A program made the translations under genes and the position numbers. Positions 1-9,929 of a stretch of DNA of 64,000 nt are shown here, piece after piece; position 1 is the first letter of the stretch, and each line of letters begins with the position of its first letter. The notes under the pieces are model-generated. The model was not told the origin of the DNA. It ran no database searches and saw only the letters and a program-made list of their open reading frames with translations. Origin of the DNA: a virus; IMG/VR virus record IMGVR_UViG_3300036770_008166, positions 1 through 64,000 of that record, one strand, 5' to 3'.

Positions 1-1
1 A

Positions 2-118
2 CAGATAGCAGATCGTTATCCAGGCCGGGCGGTATGGATAGAGGTCTCCGAGGATGGCGAGAATGGTTGCCTGATCCGATATGAAACCCACCGCCCAAAT
101 CTTTCCGTCAACATCTAA
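2..118 (+). CDS. C-terminal end of QueD-like (T-fold) phage protein, truncated by window edge
   Basis: Frame 2 reads QIADRYPGRAVWIEVSEDGENGCLIRYETHRPNLSVNI*. The IEVSEDGENG motif resembles phage QueD-like proteins found in deazaguanine clusters. Confidence 0.55.
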   Translation, partial: QIADRYPGRAVWIEVSEDGENGCLIRYETHRPNLSVNI

Positions 119-130
119 AAGGACAGCGAC

Positions 131-343
131 ATGGGCAAGCCCACGTTCAAACCCAACCCTCGAATCACAGCGATCTTTGATGATCTTGAGCAGTTCTTAG
201 GATTCTGTCAAGATTTTGGTTATAGATTCAACGAAGCAGATCTCTACAACTGGAAATCCTATGCCTACCAGCAATTTAACAAGCACCTGCAAGGCAAGTT
301 CGCCAAGGACATGTGGGCTCTAGACAGCCGTAGGAGTCGTTGA
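131..343 (+). CDS. hypothetical phage protein
   Basis: 70-aa ORF with AAGGA RBS, coupled to the next gene. Confidence 0.7.
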   Translation: MGKPTFKPNPRITAIFDDLEQFLGFCQDFGYRFNEADLYNWKSYAYQQFNKHLQGKFAKDMWALDSRRSR

Positions 344-1554
344 TGCGCAGACTTTACTACATGGGGCTGGAGTCTTATGAAGCCCGCTACACTCTCCAAC
401 TCACAGAATGGAACCGGTGTGTATTTGACCGGCGTGGATTAGATGTGAGATATGTTCCTGGGCTGAATCTTGACAACAGCAAGAAGATCTCTGTGGGACA
501 GGTCCTAGACGCGCATGGTCGAAGCTACTTCGCCATGAGCCAGATGATGAACCTTGTGAGACTCATGCAACAAGGAGAAGTCACTAGCGAAGATGTTGTG
601 TACTTCGAAGACATGTTCCAGCCCGGTATCGAGAGCTTGCCCTATATTCTTGATCAAGTGCCTGCCAATCTCCGGCCTCGCATTTTCGTCCGCTGTCTTG
701 CTCAAGCCATTGACCCTGATGATTTCGTGCATGTTTGGGGCATGGCGTCGTGGATGTCAACTTATGAAAAGATGGTGAATCAGATTCCAGGTGTGACAGT
801 GCTGGCCACCAACGAAGAGATGGTAGCCCATATGCGTATCGCGGGTTGGACTGCTCCCATCTACAACATCTCAGGCTTGGCGTTTGGCAAGGAGGAAGTG
901 CTGGAGCGCGTGGGCGGTCGTGAAAAGATTCGACCATTTGCCGATCGAAAGATGCGTGTAGCCTTTGCTGCCAGATTCGATCAGGAGAAACAACCGGGCT
1001 TTTTCATGGATCTGATCGAGATGTATCGTAATCAAGGACGACATCGAGATCATATCGAATTCGCTATCTTCCAGGGTGGGCCATTGCGATCCAATAATCC
1101 CGACTATGTAGATCAAGCCCGCACACTGGCCGATCTAGGTGCCCTTTCTATCTACGACAATCTAACAAAAAATGATTACTATGCTCTGCTCAATGATACT
1201 CGCGTGCTCTTTAATTGCGCCCTTCAAGATTGGGTTTCCAACACAGTCAGCGAAGCAGACGCTCTTGGGTGTAATGTTCTATACCCTGCTTATCGGTCTT
1301 TCCCTGAGACTTTTGCTAATGACCCTAACCGACTTTATGTTCCTTGGTCTATAGATGATGCATTCACCAAACTGGAACTTTTGCTGGACGAGCCACATCA
1401 CAACATGGGCCTGATCTCTGATTGGAACGATGGCACTATCGATCGCATCGTTGACATCATCACAGGGCAAGGTGAACAGTGGAATCGGTCTGGCAATCGC
1501 TACAGAGACCATGTGCCAACACCTAAGTACCACGTAATTAAAATCGAGGAGTAA
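340..1554 (+). CDS. GT-B glycosyltransferase (family 1/4-like), possible DNA/base glycosyltransferase
   Basis: C-terminal RFDQEKQP...QDWVSNTVSEADALGCNVLYP...FPE matches the GT-B nucleotide-sugar binding region. Confidence 0.7.
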   Translation: MMRRLYYMGLESYEARYTLQLTEWNRCVFDRRGLDVRYVPGLNLDNSKKISVGQVLDAHGRSYFAMSQMMNLVRLMQQGEVTSEDVVYFEDMFQPGIESLPYILDQVPANLRPRIFVRCLAQAIDPDDFVHVWGMASWMSTYEKMVNQIPGVTVLATNEEMVAHMRIAGWTAPIYNISGLAFGKEEVLERVGGREKIRPFADRKMRVAFAARFDQEKQPGFFMDLIEMYRNQGRHRDHIEFAIFQGGPLRSNNPDYVDQARTLADLGALSIYDNLTKNDYYALLNDTRVLFNCALQDWVSNTVSEADALGCNVLYPAYRSFPETFANDPNRLYVPWSIDDAFTKLELLLDEPHHNMGLISDWNDGTIDRIVDIITGQGEQWNRSGNRYRDHVPTPKYHVIKIEE

Positions 1555-1556
1555 GC

Positions 1557-2510
1557 ATGAAAAACTGCGTGTTGGTCACAGGTGCAGCCGGATACATCGG
1601 CGGCCAGACCATGCTGGCCTTGAGAGATCAGGGATTCAAAGTAATCGCAGTAGACACACGTCCCTTGCCACAGCATCTAAGATCAGTTGCAGATCGATTC
1701 CTGCAAGAAGATTTTGCCAATACCTATGCGCTGGATCAGATACGCGATCAAAACCCGCAGGCCATAGTGCATTGTGCAGGTACCAGCCTGGTTGGTCCCA
1801 GCGTGACCAACCCTGAACTTTACTTCCGCAACAACTTTGTCAAGACCAAGACCTTGCTGGATTACTTGGTAAAGAATCGCATCCGGAGCCGTGTGATCTT
1901 TTCATCATCGGCCGCCACTTATGGCAATCCTGTGATGACTCCCTGTAGCGAACAAGATCCCACCATGCCGGTAAGTCCCTACGGTGAAAGCAAGCTCATG
2001 ATAGAGATGATGCTGAGATCCTATCAGCAGGCCTATGGCATCGACTATGTGGCTTTTCGTTATTTCAATGCCTGCGGAGCAGATCCTCAGGTACGACATG
2101 GCCAGGAGCCCAATGCCACACACATCATTGCCCGAGTGCTAGAAAGCATACGCGACAACAAACCCTTCACTCTTTATGGTGACACCTATGCCACACCAGA
2201 TGGTACCTGTGTGCGTGATTACGTGCATGTGGCTGATATCGCTCGAGCACATGTGATGGCGGTGGATCGCACAGTACCTTCCAGTGTGTACAATCTGGGC
2301 ACCAGCAACGGTGCCAGCAATCGAGAGATCATCGCCATGGCCGAACGAGTCACTGGTAAGGCAGTGGATATCCGGGTGGGTGCTATACGAGCAGGAGATC
2401 CTGCTGTGCTTACCGCATCGGCGTCCTTGTTCAACAATACTACCACTTGGGTGCCACAGTACGATCTCGAAGAGATGGTACAACATGCCTGGGCATGGTA
2501 TGTTCGATAA
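1557..2510 (+). CDS. galE: UDP-glucose 4-epimerase
   Basis: TGAAGYIG, FSSSAATYG, YGESK, RYFNACGA and DGTCVRDYVHV motifs. Confidence 0.9.
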   Translation: MKNCVLVTGAAGYIGGQTMLALRDQGFKVIAVDTRPLPQHLRSVADRFLQEDFANTYALDQIRDQNPQAIVHCAGTSLVGPSVTNPELYFRNNFVKTKTLLDYLVKNRIRSRVIFSSSAATYGNPVMTPCSEQDPTMPVSPYGESKLMIEMMLRSYQQAYGIDYVAFRYFNACGADPQVRHGQEPNATHIIARVLESIRDNKPFTLYGDTYATPDGTCVRDYVHVADIARAHVMAVDRTVPSSVYNLGTSNGASNREIIAMAERVTGKAVDIRVGAIRAGDPAVLTASASLFNNTTTWVPQYDLEEMVQHAWAWYVR

Positions 2511-3078
2511 GATCTCGGAATTCGAAGTAGCATTAGCAGCCTATACCGGCGCTCCTTATGCCATAATGACCGACTGCTGCACTCATGCCATTGAGCTGTG
2601 TCTGCGGCATGAACGATCAAACTGGGTATCTTTTACGGCTCATACCTATCTCAGTATTCCAATGCTGATGCATAAACTGGGTATCAAATATGATTTGGTA
2701 GACGAAGACTGGTGTGGAGAATATCGATTCCACAACAGCCGTGTATGGGATTCAGCACGTAGGCTCGAACGTGATATGTATCGCGCTGGCATGATGCAGT
2801 GCCTAAGTTTTGGTCATGGAAAGCCTTTACATGTAGGCCGTGGTGGTGCTATACTGCTAGATGATGTTGATGCTTACAGGATCATATTGGCGCAGAGATA
2901 TGATGGCCGTAATCTCAAAATCTCACCGTGGCAGGATCAGAAAGTTTTTCGAGTGGGTTATCATTACCGACCTACCATAGAAGAAGCAGTCAAAGCACTA
3001 GAATTGCTCGATAGTGTTGATGAACGACCTAAATATGTTTCATATCCGGATCTAAGGCAAATCCGGATCATTGATTGA
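2500..3078 (+). CDS. short DegT/DnrJ/EryC1/StrS-family PLP aminotransferase-like protein
   Basis: FEVALAAYTGAPYAI..CCTHAIEL, DSA and SFGHGKPL..GRGGAIL. Likely start is ATG 2500, overlapping the galE stop. Confidence 0.7.
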   Translation: MFDKISEFEVALAAYTGAPYAIMTDCCTHAIELCLRHERSNWVSFTAHTYLSIPMLMHKLGIKYDLVDEDWCGEYRFHNSRVWDSARRLERDMYRAGMMQCLSFGHGKPLHVGRGGAILLDDVDAYRIILAQRYDGRNLKISPWQDQKVFRVGYHYRPTIEEAVKALELLDSVDERPKYVSYPDLRQIRIID

Positions 3079-3112
3079 TGGCGATCCACCGCCCTAACTC
3101 GGAGAACGATGA

Positions 3113-3847
3113 ATGATAGCAAAATTTAACGAATACGCACAGACAAAAGAAAACAAAGGCACTTACCTCAGTGATGCCATCCGGCAGAACATGCGAAGCC
3201 AAGGCAAGCGGTTCTGGGCCGGCGACAACATCTCGGACTATGTGTATCCGGAGATGAAAAAAGTGCTCATCGACGAAGCCACCGAAGCGTTTGAACTGGT
3301 GCTGGATCGGCTCTTGATCGATCGTGAAACCGATCCCAACAGCAAGGGCACCGCCCGGCGCCTTGCCAAGATGTACTTCAACGAAATCATGGAGGGTAGA
3401 TATGAACCAGCACCCGACTGCACAGCGTTTCCTAACGACAGCGAGGACCGCTACACAGGCATGCTTGTGGTTCGCAGTGAAATTCGCAGTATGTGTAGTC
3501 ATCATCACCAACCCGTTGTTGGCGTTGCTTATATTGGCATTCTGGCTGCAGAAAAACTGATTGGGCTGAGCAAATACACACGCATCGCACAATGGTGCAG
3601 CCGGCGTGGTACGCTACAGGAAGAACTCTGCAATGACATCGCGCGTGAAATCATGCGGGCCACTGATAGCAAAGATGTTGGTGTGTATATCCAGGCCACG
3701 CATGGCTGTTGCGAGAATCGCGGCATCATGGCCCACTCCAGCCTCACACAGACCACCGTGCTACATGGTGCGTTCCGCACAGACCCTGCGGTGAAAAAAG
3801 AATTCATCGACAACATCAAACTCCAGCAAGATTTTGCTCCCAGATAA
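3113..3847 (+). CDS. folE: GTP cyclohydrolase I
   Basis: TARRLAKMY, SMCSHHHQP, IGLSKYTRI, QEEL and HGCCENRG motifs. Confidence 0.95.
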   Translation: MIAKFNEYAQTKENKGTYLSDAIRQNMRSQGKRFWAGDNISDYVYPEMKKVLIDEATEAFELVLDRLLIDRETDPNSKGTARRLAKMYFNEIMEGRYEPAPDCTAFPNDSEDRYTGMLVVRSEIRSMCSHHHQPVVGVAYIGILAAEKLIGLSKYTRIAQWCSRRGTLQEELCNDIAREIMRATDSKDVGVYIQATHGCCENRGIMAHSSLTQTTVLHGAFRTDPAVKKEFIDNIKLQQDFAPR

Positions 3848-4272
3848 TGCCCGAACCACGCGACCAGTTTCTCAAACACTACAGCCTAAATCAGGCCCAA
3901 CTAGAAGGTGTGGCACCTTGGGATGATCTCGAATTCAATCTCAATGGTATCCGGGTGTTCCGAGATCGTTATCCTGTGACACCCGGACATCTCTTGTTCG
4001 TGCCTGAATACGATGCCATCGACAACATCACAGAAGCATTCCGTATGGCCCTGATCCGCGGCACTGCCATGGTCAGGCGCGGTGATTGCGATGCCTTCAA
4101 CATCGGCATCAACATGGGCCCAGAGGCTGGCCAGACCGTGATGTATCCACACATTCACCTCATCCCCCGACGTGCAGGCGATGTAGAGGATCCTGTGGGC
4201 GGTGTGCGAGCTACGATTCCCGGCCAGGCCAATTACAAGAAACCCGAGTATAAAAACCCTACAGATAAATAA
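3847..4272 (+). CDS. HIT family nucleotide hydrolase
   Basis: DRYPVTPGHLLFVP and AGQTVMYPHIHLIPRR. Start ATG 3847 overlaps the folE stop. Confidence 0.85.
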   Translation: MPEPRDQFLKHYSLNQAQLEGVAPWDDLEFNLNGIRVFRDRYPVTPGHLLFVPEYDAIDNITEAFRMALIRGTAMVRRGDCDAFNIGINMGPEAGQTVMYPHIHLIPRRAGDVEDPVGGVRATIPGQANYKKPEYKNPTDK

Positions 4273-4279
4273 TGCGTCA

Positions 4280-4317
4280 AGTGGACTCCGGCATTCATCC
4301 CACTCTAAAAATTCTGC
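4280..4317 (+). promoter_or_regulatory. candidate cis-regulatory hairpin/pseudoknot in queD leader
   Basis: AGTGG/CCACT stem, 15-nt loop, A5 tract, then TTCTGC able to pair with loop GCA. Confidence 0.35.
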
Positions 4318-4343
4318 ATGTCTTGCTAACATAGGAGACAAAA

Positions 4344-4874
4344 ATGGCAATGTACGTTTCAACTAAAACTTATGGCACAGATCGTGGACTTTCATGCTGT
4401 TTCCGTCAATGGCGTAGCACTCACAGTCATTGCAGCCTATTGCATGGTTATAGCATTGGCATCCGTCTCGTATTTGAGTCTAGTACCCTTGATGATCGCA
4501 ATTGGGTTATGGACTTCGGCGGATTGAAGGCCTTCAAAGACTGGGCAGATCACATGTTTGATCACACCCTGATCATAGCCAAAGACGATCCTCATCTCCC
4601 CATGTTCCTCAAGATGGCCGAACTGGGCCTGCAGGATCAGGGCGGTGTGTGTGATCTCAGACTGGTAGAGGCGGTAGGCTGCGAAAAGTTTGCAGAACTG
4701 GCATACAATGTCATGAACGACATATTAGAAACGTATCAGCGCGGCGAAGAATGGCATCACATCGGACTCGATAGGAAGAGTTATGATGCTCGATATCCAG
4801 TAGGTCAAGGTGTGCGCCTGCGTTCCGCGGAAGTTTTTGAACATGAAGGAAATTCTGCTATCTATGAAGGCTGA
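4344..4874 (+). CDS. queD: 6-carboxy-5,6,7,8-tetrahydropterin synthase
   Basis: HCSLLHGY, WVMDFGGLK, FDHT, GCEKFAE and EVFEHEGNSA motifs; AGGAG RBS. Confidence 0.9.
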   Translation: MAMYVSTKTYGTDRGLSCCFRQWRSTHSHCSLLHGYSIGIRLVFESSTLDDRNWVMDFGGLKAFKDWADHMFDHTLIIAKDDPHLPMFLKMAELGLQDQGGVCDLRLVEAVGCEKFAELAYNVMNDILETYQRGEEWHHIGLDRKSYDARYPVGQGVRLRSAEVFEHEGNSAIYEG

Positions 4875-5745
4875 CTCAACTCACAAATATGACATAGCCA
4901 TTTTGTTGGCCACACGAGGTCGTACAGTGGCCCTGGATCGCAGCATCCACAGCATAGTAGATCTAGCAGATGATATCAGCAGAGTGCAGATCATGTTTGC
5001 CCTGGATCGTGATGACGACGTGGGTCAGCATCATTTCCGGCATCACTTGCAGCCATGGATGGCAGATCACAAGGTAAACTACACTGCCATGCTGTTTGAT
5101 CCCATGGGTTATATAAGGTTAAATGTCTACAATAATAAAATGGCTGCACGTTCCGATGCCCGTTGGTTCGTGATCTGGAACGACGACGCCATCATGGAGA
5201 CCCAGGGCTGGGACACGGAGATCATGCGGTACGATGGCGAATTCCGGCTTTTGGCGTTCCATACACATAGAGATCACCCCTATTCAATATTTCCGATCCT
5301 ACCTCGCAAATGGTACGACCTTTTGGGGTATATTTCGCCTCATCAGGCACAGGATGCATGGTTGAGCCAACAGGCCTACATGCTGGACATCTGGCAGCGC
5401 ATACCGGTCAATGTGCTGCACGATCGATTCGATCTCACCGGCAACAACAAAGATCGCACATTCTTGGATCGCGCCATGCTGGAGGGCAGGCCAGCCGATC
5501 CCAACGATTTCCACAGCCGAGCCATGATGGACCTCCGGCACAGAGACTGTGCCAAACTGGCTACCTATATCCGCAACGTGCTGGGTGGCGATGTCACTTT
5601 TTTCCAACGCATCTTTGAAGGCAAGCAGGATCCCTGGCAGAAGCTCAAAGAAAATGATGTGAACAATCAGATGGTGCAGTTTGAAAATCCACATCGCCAT
5701 TTTGGCCAATCCACTGGTGCAGCCAGCAGTGTAAATACTGCATGA
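4864..5745 (+). CDS. GT-A (family 2-like) glycosyltransferase
   Basis: IAILLATRGR N-terminus, D.DD, and IWNDD DxD-like motif. Confidence 0.6.
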   Translation: MKADSTHKYDIAILLATRGRTVALDRSIHSIVDLADDISRVQIMFALDRDDDVGQHHFRHHLQPWMADHKVNYTAMLFDPMGYIRLNVYNNKMAARSDARWFVIWNDDAIMETQGWDTEIMRYDGEFRLLAFHTHRDHPYSIFPILPRKWYDLLGYISPHQAQDAWLSQQAYMLDIWQRIPVNVLHDRFDLTGNNKDRTFLDRAMLEGRPADPNDFHSRAMMDLRHRDCAKLATYIRNVLGGDVTFFQRIFEGKQDPWQKLKENDVNNQMVQFENPHRHFGQSTGAASSVNTA

Positions 5746-7751
5746 CCTACAATGTAGCCTGGGTGCAACCAAATTTCCAGCAGGGCCCCAAGGAATTCAA
5801 CGCACACTATCTGCCTTATTCGGCTGGTGTGATCTGGAGCTATGCCGTATCTGATCCTTGGATACGCGACAACTTCCGTTGCACAGACATGATCTGGCGC
5901 CGAGAAGCCATAGAACCTTTGGCCCAACGCCTGGCTCAGAATGATATCTGCACGTTCAGTACCTATGTGTGGAACCATCAATACAACTACAACCTGGCAC
6001 GCCGCATCAAGGAGCTCAATCCAGAGTGCATGATCATATTTGGTGGGCCTGAGCCCGCCATCACGGATCCTGACATATTCCGCAAGGAACCCTACATGGA
6101 TCTCATCATCTGCTTCGAAGGTGAGATCACATATCGTAATGTGTTGCTACGATATGAAACACGCGATTGGGAGAGCCTGCCTGGGCTCCTGATCAATCGC
6201 GATGGCGAGGCTGTAAAAACCGAAGATGCCAAACGCATCGAAAGCCTGGCCGAAATCCCCAGTCCCTATCTCACCGGAGTATTCGACGAGATCATAGCCG
6301 CCAATCCCGACGTAGAATGGAACGGCACCCTGGAAACCAATCGTGGTTGTCCTTTCGCCTGTACCTTCTGCGACTGGGGCAGCCTCACCTACAACAAGGT
6401 TAAGCACTTTGGGCTGGAGCGAGTGTTTGATGAACTGGAATGGATGGCGCAGCATCGTTGCGGTTTCATAAGCATTACCGATGCCAACTTCGGCATGTTT
6501 CCCGAGCGTGACAACATGATCGCGGACAAGATCATCGAGATACAGGAACGCTATGGTTATCCCAAGACCTTTAGCGTGGCCTGGGCCAAGAATCAAAAAC
6601 GCGAAGTGGTGGACATCGTCAAAAAACTCTTAGACGCCCCCGGGTTCAACCAGGGTCTCACCCTGAGCGTGCAGAGCTTGGATGTGGATGTGCTTGAGAA
6701 CATCCGCAGAAAGAACATGGAGATGAACAAGCTGGAAGAAGTGTTTGAGCTATGCGAACAGCGCAACATTCCTACCTATACCGAACTGATCCTGGGTCTG
6801 CCTGGAGAAACCTTGACCAGTTGGAAAGAAAACTTTTGGCGCCTGTTCCGCATGGGCAATCACACTGGGCTAACTGTGTTCCAGGCACAACTGTTGGAAA
6901 ATGCTGAAATGAATCTGCTGCAGAAAAAACTGTACCAGATCAAAGGACAGAGAGTCACAGATTATTTTTCCGGCAGCTACTCAAACGAACACATCGAAGA
7001 AGGCATCGACATCATTGTCAGCACCAAAGATCTTCCGTTTGAGACCATGCTGGATGCGGAAATTTTCTCGTGGTATATCAATACCTTCCACATCAACGGT
7101 GTTAGCACTATCCTAAGCCGTATCGTCTACAAGTATCTCGGCATAGATTATCAAGAATTCTACGAAGATTTGTTTGAATTTCTACAGCACGATGAATGGT
7201 GGCAAAGTGAACAAACAGAAACACGCCAGTATTTTTCAAACTGGATGACCCAGGGGCGCATACATCACCCCAATGTTGGCGGTATTGAAATCCATGGTTG
7301 GAACCTCATTCACCGAACCATACTGAACATGCATGTGGAAAAGAAATACGATCATGTTTTTGATCTGCTGGAACGGTTTGCCTCTCGCTATGATCTTCCA
7401 AAAGATTTGCTTGAGGACGCTATGCGTTTCCAAAGGCACTATCTCATAGCCTACGATCAGAAAAAACAATATCCGATGCAGTTAGATACCCAATTCAATA
7501 TCTGGGAATATCTCACGTTCGATGAAGACTTGACACAGCAGCCTGCTTGTTATATAATGGACTTTCCGGAAGACAAAGACATGAGCTTTCCGAGATTCCT
7601 GGAACTGTTCTATTTTGCACGCAGGAGGAATTTTGGCAAGGCCACAGTGGAAAGATCACACAGTGAAAATCACAAAATTGACATGGCAAGACGTGGAAGG
7701 ACAGGTTCAAGAAATCCTGCGCCAGATGCAACAACAGAGCTGGTTACCTGA
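5742..7751 (+). CDS. cobalamin-binding radical SAM protein (class B methylase-like)
   Basis: N-terminal FSTYVWN...FGGPE...EGE B12 domain, ETNRGCPFACTFC, DANFG and ELILGLPGET. Confidence 0.85.
   Translation: MTYNVAWVQPNFQQGPKEFNAHYLPYSAGVIWSYAVSDPWIRDNFRCTDMIWRREAIEPLAQRLAQNDICTFSTYVWNHQYNYNLARRIKELNPECMIIFGGPEPAITDPDIFRKEPYMDLIICFEGEITYRNVLLRYETRDWESLPGLLINRDGEAVKTEDAKRIESLAEIPSPYLTGVFDEIIAANPDVEWNGTLETNRGCPFACTFCDWGSLTYNKVKHFGLERVFDELEWMAQHRCGFISITDANFGMFPERDNMIADKIIEIQERYGYPKTFSVAWAKNQKREVVDIVKKLLDAPGFNQGLTLSVQSLDVDVLENIRRKNMEMNKLEEVFELCEQRNIPTYTELILGLPGETLTSWKENFWRLFRMGNHTGLTVFQAQLLENAEMNLLQKKLYQIKGQRVTDYFSGSYSNEHIEEGIDIIVSTKDLPFETMLDAEIFSWYINTFHINGVSTILSRIVYKYLGIDYQEFYEDLFEFLQHDEWWQSEQTETRQYFSNWMTQGRIHHPNVGGIEIHGWNLIHRTILNMHVEKKYDHVFDLLERFASRYDLPKDLLEDAMRFQRHYLIAYDQKKQYPMQLDTQFNIWEYLTFDEDLTQQPACYIMDFPEDKDMSFPRFLELFYFARRRNFGKATVERSHSENHKIDMARRGRTGSRNPAPDATTELVT
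7530..7558 (+). promoter_or_regulatory. consensus sigma70 promoter inside the radical SAM gene, upstream of PRTase/queE
   Basis: TTGACA-N17-TATAAT, a perfect consensus. Confidence 0.65.
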
Positions 7752-8133
7752 CTACATCGTAGGCATCACGCGAGGTGGCCTGGTACCCGCAAATCTCATG
7801 AGCCAGTACCTGCAGATACCCATGCACACACTCCGTGTAAGCCTGCGCGATTCGGTGGAAGGTTGCGAAAGCAATTTTTGGATGCAGGAAGATGCCTGCA
7901 ATCACAAGCGAATCCTGATCGTGGATGACATCAATGATAGCGGTGCTACTTTGAACTGGATCCTCGATGACTGGGGCGCCAAGGTACCGTGGAATCGCTC
8001 AGTGCGAGTGGCAGTGCTGTACGACAACGAATCAAGTGATTCTAGAATCACTCCGGACTTTTCGGCTGTGACCATCAACAAAGCCGATGTAGATGAATGG
8101 ATAGACTTTCCCTGGGAATCATGGTGGCATTGA
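7663..8133 (+). CDS. type I phosphoribosyltransferase (xanthine/guanine PRT-like)
   Basis: IVGITRGGL, ILIVDDINDSGAT PRPP loop and WIDFPWE. Probable GTG start at 7663. Confidence 0.85.
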   Translation: MKITKLTWQDVEGQVQEILRQMQQQSWLPDYIVGITRGGLVPANLMSQYLQIPMHTLRVSLRDSVEGCESNFWMQEDACNHKRILIVDDINDSGATLNWILDDWGAKVPWNRSVRVAVLYDNESSDSRITPDFSAVTINKADVDEWIDFPWESWWH

Positions 8134-8178
8134 TGCCCGGTGCGTGTGTAGTAAAACTTCAAAATTTGTGAGAACAAA

Positions 8179-9024
8179 ATGAAATTCAAGGTCAGTGAAA
8201 TATTCTATTCCGCACAGGGCGAAGGCCGCTACGTGGGTGTGCCCAGCATCTTTCTACGCATGTTTGGCTGCAACTTTACCTGTTCGGGGTTTGGCTGCCG
8301 GCCGGGCGAGCGCAGTGTCGAAGCAGACGAAGTGGCCAAACGCATCGAGCTGTACAAGACCTTTGAAGAATTGCCTTTGGTAGACACTGGCTGTGACAGT
8401 TATGCATCCTGGCATCCGGCCTTCAAGCACTTGTCCCCCAACTACACTGCCACAGAACTATGCGACCGCATGGCGGAATCGCTGCCGCACGGCAACTGGC
8501 AGCAGCCAAATGGAAACCCGGTACACCTCGTGGTCACGGGTGGAGAGCCTTTGTTGGGTTGGCAGCGTGGCTATCCGGAACTGTTTGATGCTTTGCACCA
8601 ACGTGGCCTGCGACACATCACGTTCGAAACCAATGGCACACAAGAACTGCATCGAGACTTTGCACAGTATCTTGATTCTTGGTTCGGCGAGATCACATTC
8701 TCTGTAAGCCCTAAGCTCAGTGTGAGCGGTGAGGCGTGGGAGGATGCTATCCGACCCGACGTGGTCTGGAACTATGAAACACATGGTGTGACCTATCTCA
8801 AGTTCGTGGTAGAACGCCGGGAAGATTTTGACGAGCTGGATCGTGCCGTAGACGAATATCGCCTGCGTGGATTTGCAGGGCCGGTGTTTGTGATGCCAGT
8901 GGGCGGTGTGGTGCGTGTGTATGACGACAATCGCTTGAACGTGGCCGACGAAGCGTTGCGCCGAGGTTACTGGTACAGCCCAAGACTGCATGTTGACCTT
9001 TGGGGCAATGGTTGGGGCCGATGA
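8179..9024 (+). CDS. queE: 7-carboxy-7-deazaguanine synthase (radical SAM)
   Basis: EIFYSAQGEG, LRMFGCNFTC...GCDS, TGGEPL, ETNGT, SVSPKL and SPRLH. Confidence 0.9.
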   Translation: MKFKVSEIFYSAQGEGRYVGVPSIFLRMFGCNFTCSGFGCRPGERSVEADEVAKRIELYKTFEELPLVDTGCDSYASWHPAFKHLSPNYTATELCDRMAESLPHGNWQQPNGNPVHLVVTGGEPLLGWQRGYPELFDALHQRGLRHITFETNGTQELHRDFAQYLDSWFGEITFSVSPKLSVSGEAWEDAIRPDVVWNYETHGVTYLKFVVERREDFDELDRAVDEYRLRGFAGPVFVMPVGGVVRVYDDNRLNVADEALRRGYWYSPRLHVDLWGNGWGR

Positions 9025-9287
9025 TACTGGGCTGGCAGAGAACTGCAGATCGTGCTTTCAGGATTCTTTTTGATCCATTGGATTTTGAACAGCGTGCTCG
9101 TTTTGAGTCGCGATGGAGCTTTTGCCCCCGACGCTGTTATCGCACAGGTCGATGGATCTGGGGGCCAGCTGTGAGAGCCGAGGCCATGTGGACCGGCCCT
9201 GGGGAACCCATTACAGAACGCCGATGGCTGCATCGGCATGAAGGCCTAGTCATGATGTTGAGAAGGAGTCACAATGGGACTGTTTGA
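9021..9287 (+). CDS. hypothetical protein
   Basis: ATG overlaps the queE stop; fills the gap in the operon. Confidence 0.55.
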   Translation: MILGWQRTADRAFRILFDPLDFEQRARFESRWSFCPRRCYRTGRWIWGPAVRAEAMWTGPGEPITERRWLHRHEGLVMMLRRSHNGTV

Positions 9288-9660
9288 TAGATTTCGCAAA
9301 AAACCTGTGAAACTCGCAGAGTCTAAAGACAAACCAGAACGAACAAAAAAAACCGAGAAAGATCTAGCCAATGAACGGGGAGAACCTTACGTAGCCATCC
9401 TGAGCATGGACCTCGATCCCAATAACTTGCACCAAGGATCGTTTGAACTGGATTGGAATGAAATTTTCGTTGCTCGTCTGGTCAAGGCCGGTTATATGAA
9501 AGACAAGGAGGACAGCGATGCTGACATAGTGGATCGCTGGTTCCAGAACGTGTGCCGGCACGTGGTCATGGAGACCTGGGAGCAGGAAGAAGCCATACGG
9601 CGCAGCGGCATCTATGTTCAGAGTCGCGACATTGGTGATGGCAGGAGTGAAGTATCGTGA
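9274..9660 (+). CDS. hypothetical phage protein
   Basis: 128-aa ORF with AAGGAG RBS. Confidence 0.7.
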   Translation: MGLFDRFRKKPVKLAESKDKPERTKKTEKDLANERGEPYVAILSMDLDPNNLHQGSFELDWNEIFVARLVKAGYMKDKEDSDADIVDRWFQNVCRHVVMETWEQEEAIRRSGIYVQSRDIGDGRSEVS

Positions 9661-9929
9661 TAACTGAGCGTCAGAGAGAAGTGTTGGTAATCACTCAAGA
9701 GGAGGCAGCCGAAGTTATCAAAGAAATCTCAAAGGTTTTTCGCTTTGGTATAGACCAAGCTTCACCGGATGGTGTGTCACATCGAGATCGATTACAGACA
9801 GAAATAGGTGATCTGCTCTGCATGATTGATGTCATGATAGACAATCGGTTGTTGGATCCTGTCAAGATAGAAATCGCACGCCAGGCCAAGATTGGAAAAT
9901 TGCGGAAATACAGCAGGATCTATCCGTGA
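9657..9929 (+). CDS. MazG-like nucleotide pyrophosphohydrolase
   Basis: QEEAAEV...EIGDLL all-alpha NTP-PPase motif. Confidence 0.75.
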   Translation: MITERQREVLVITQEEAAEVIKEISKVFRFGIDQASPDGVSHRDRLQTEIGDLLCMIDVMIDNRLLDPVKIEIARQAKIGKLRKYSRIYP

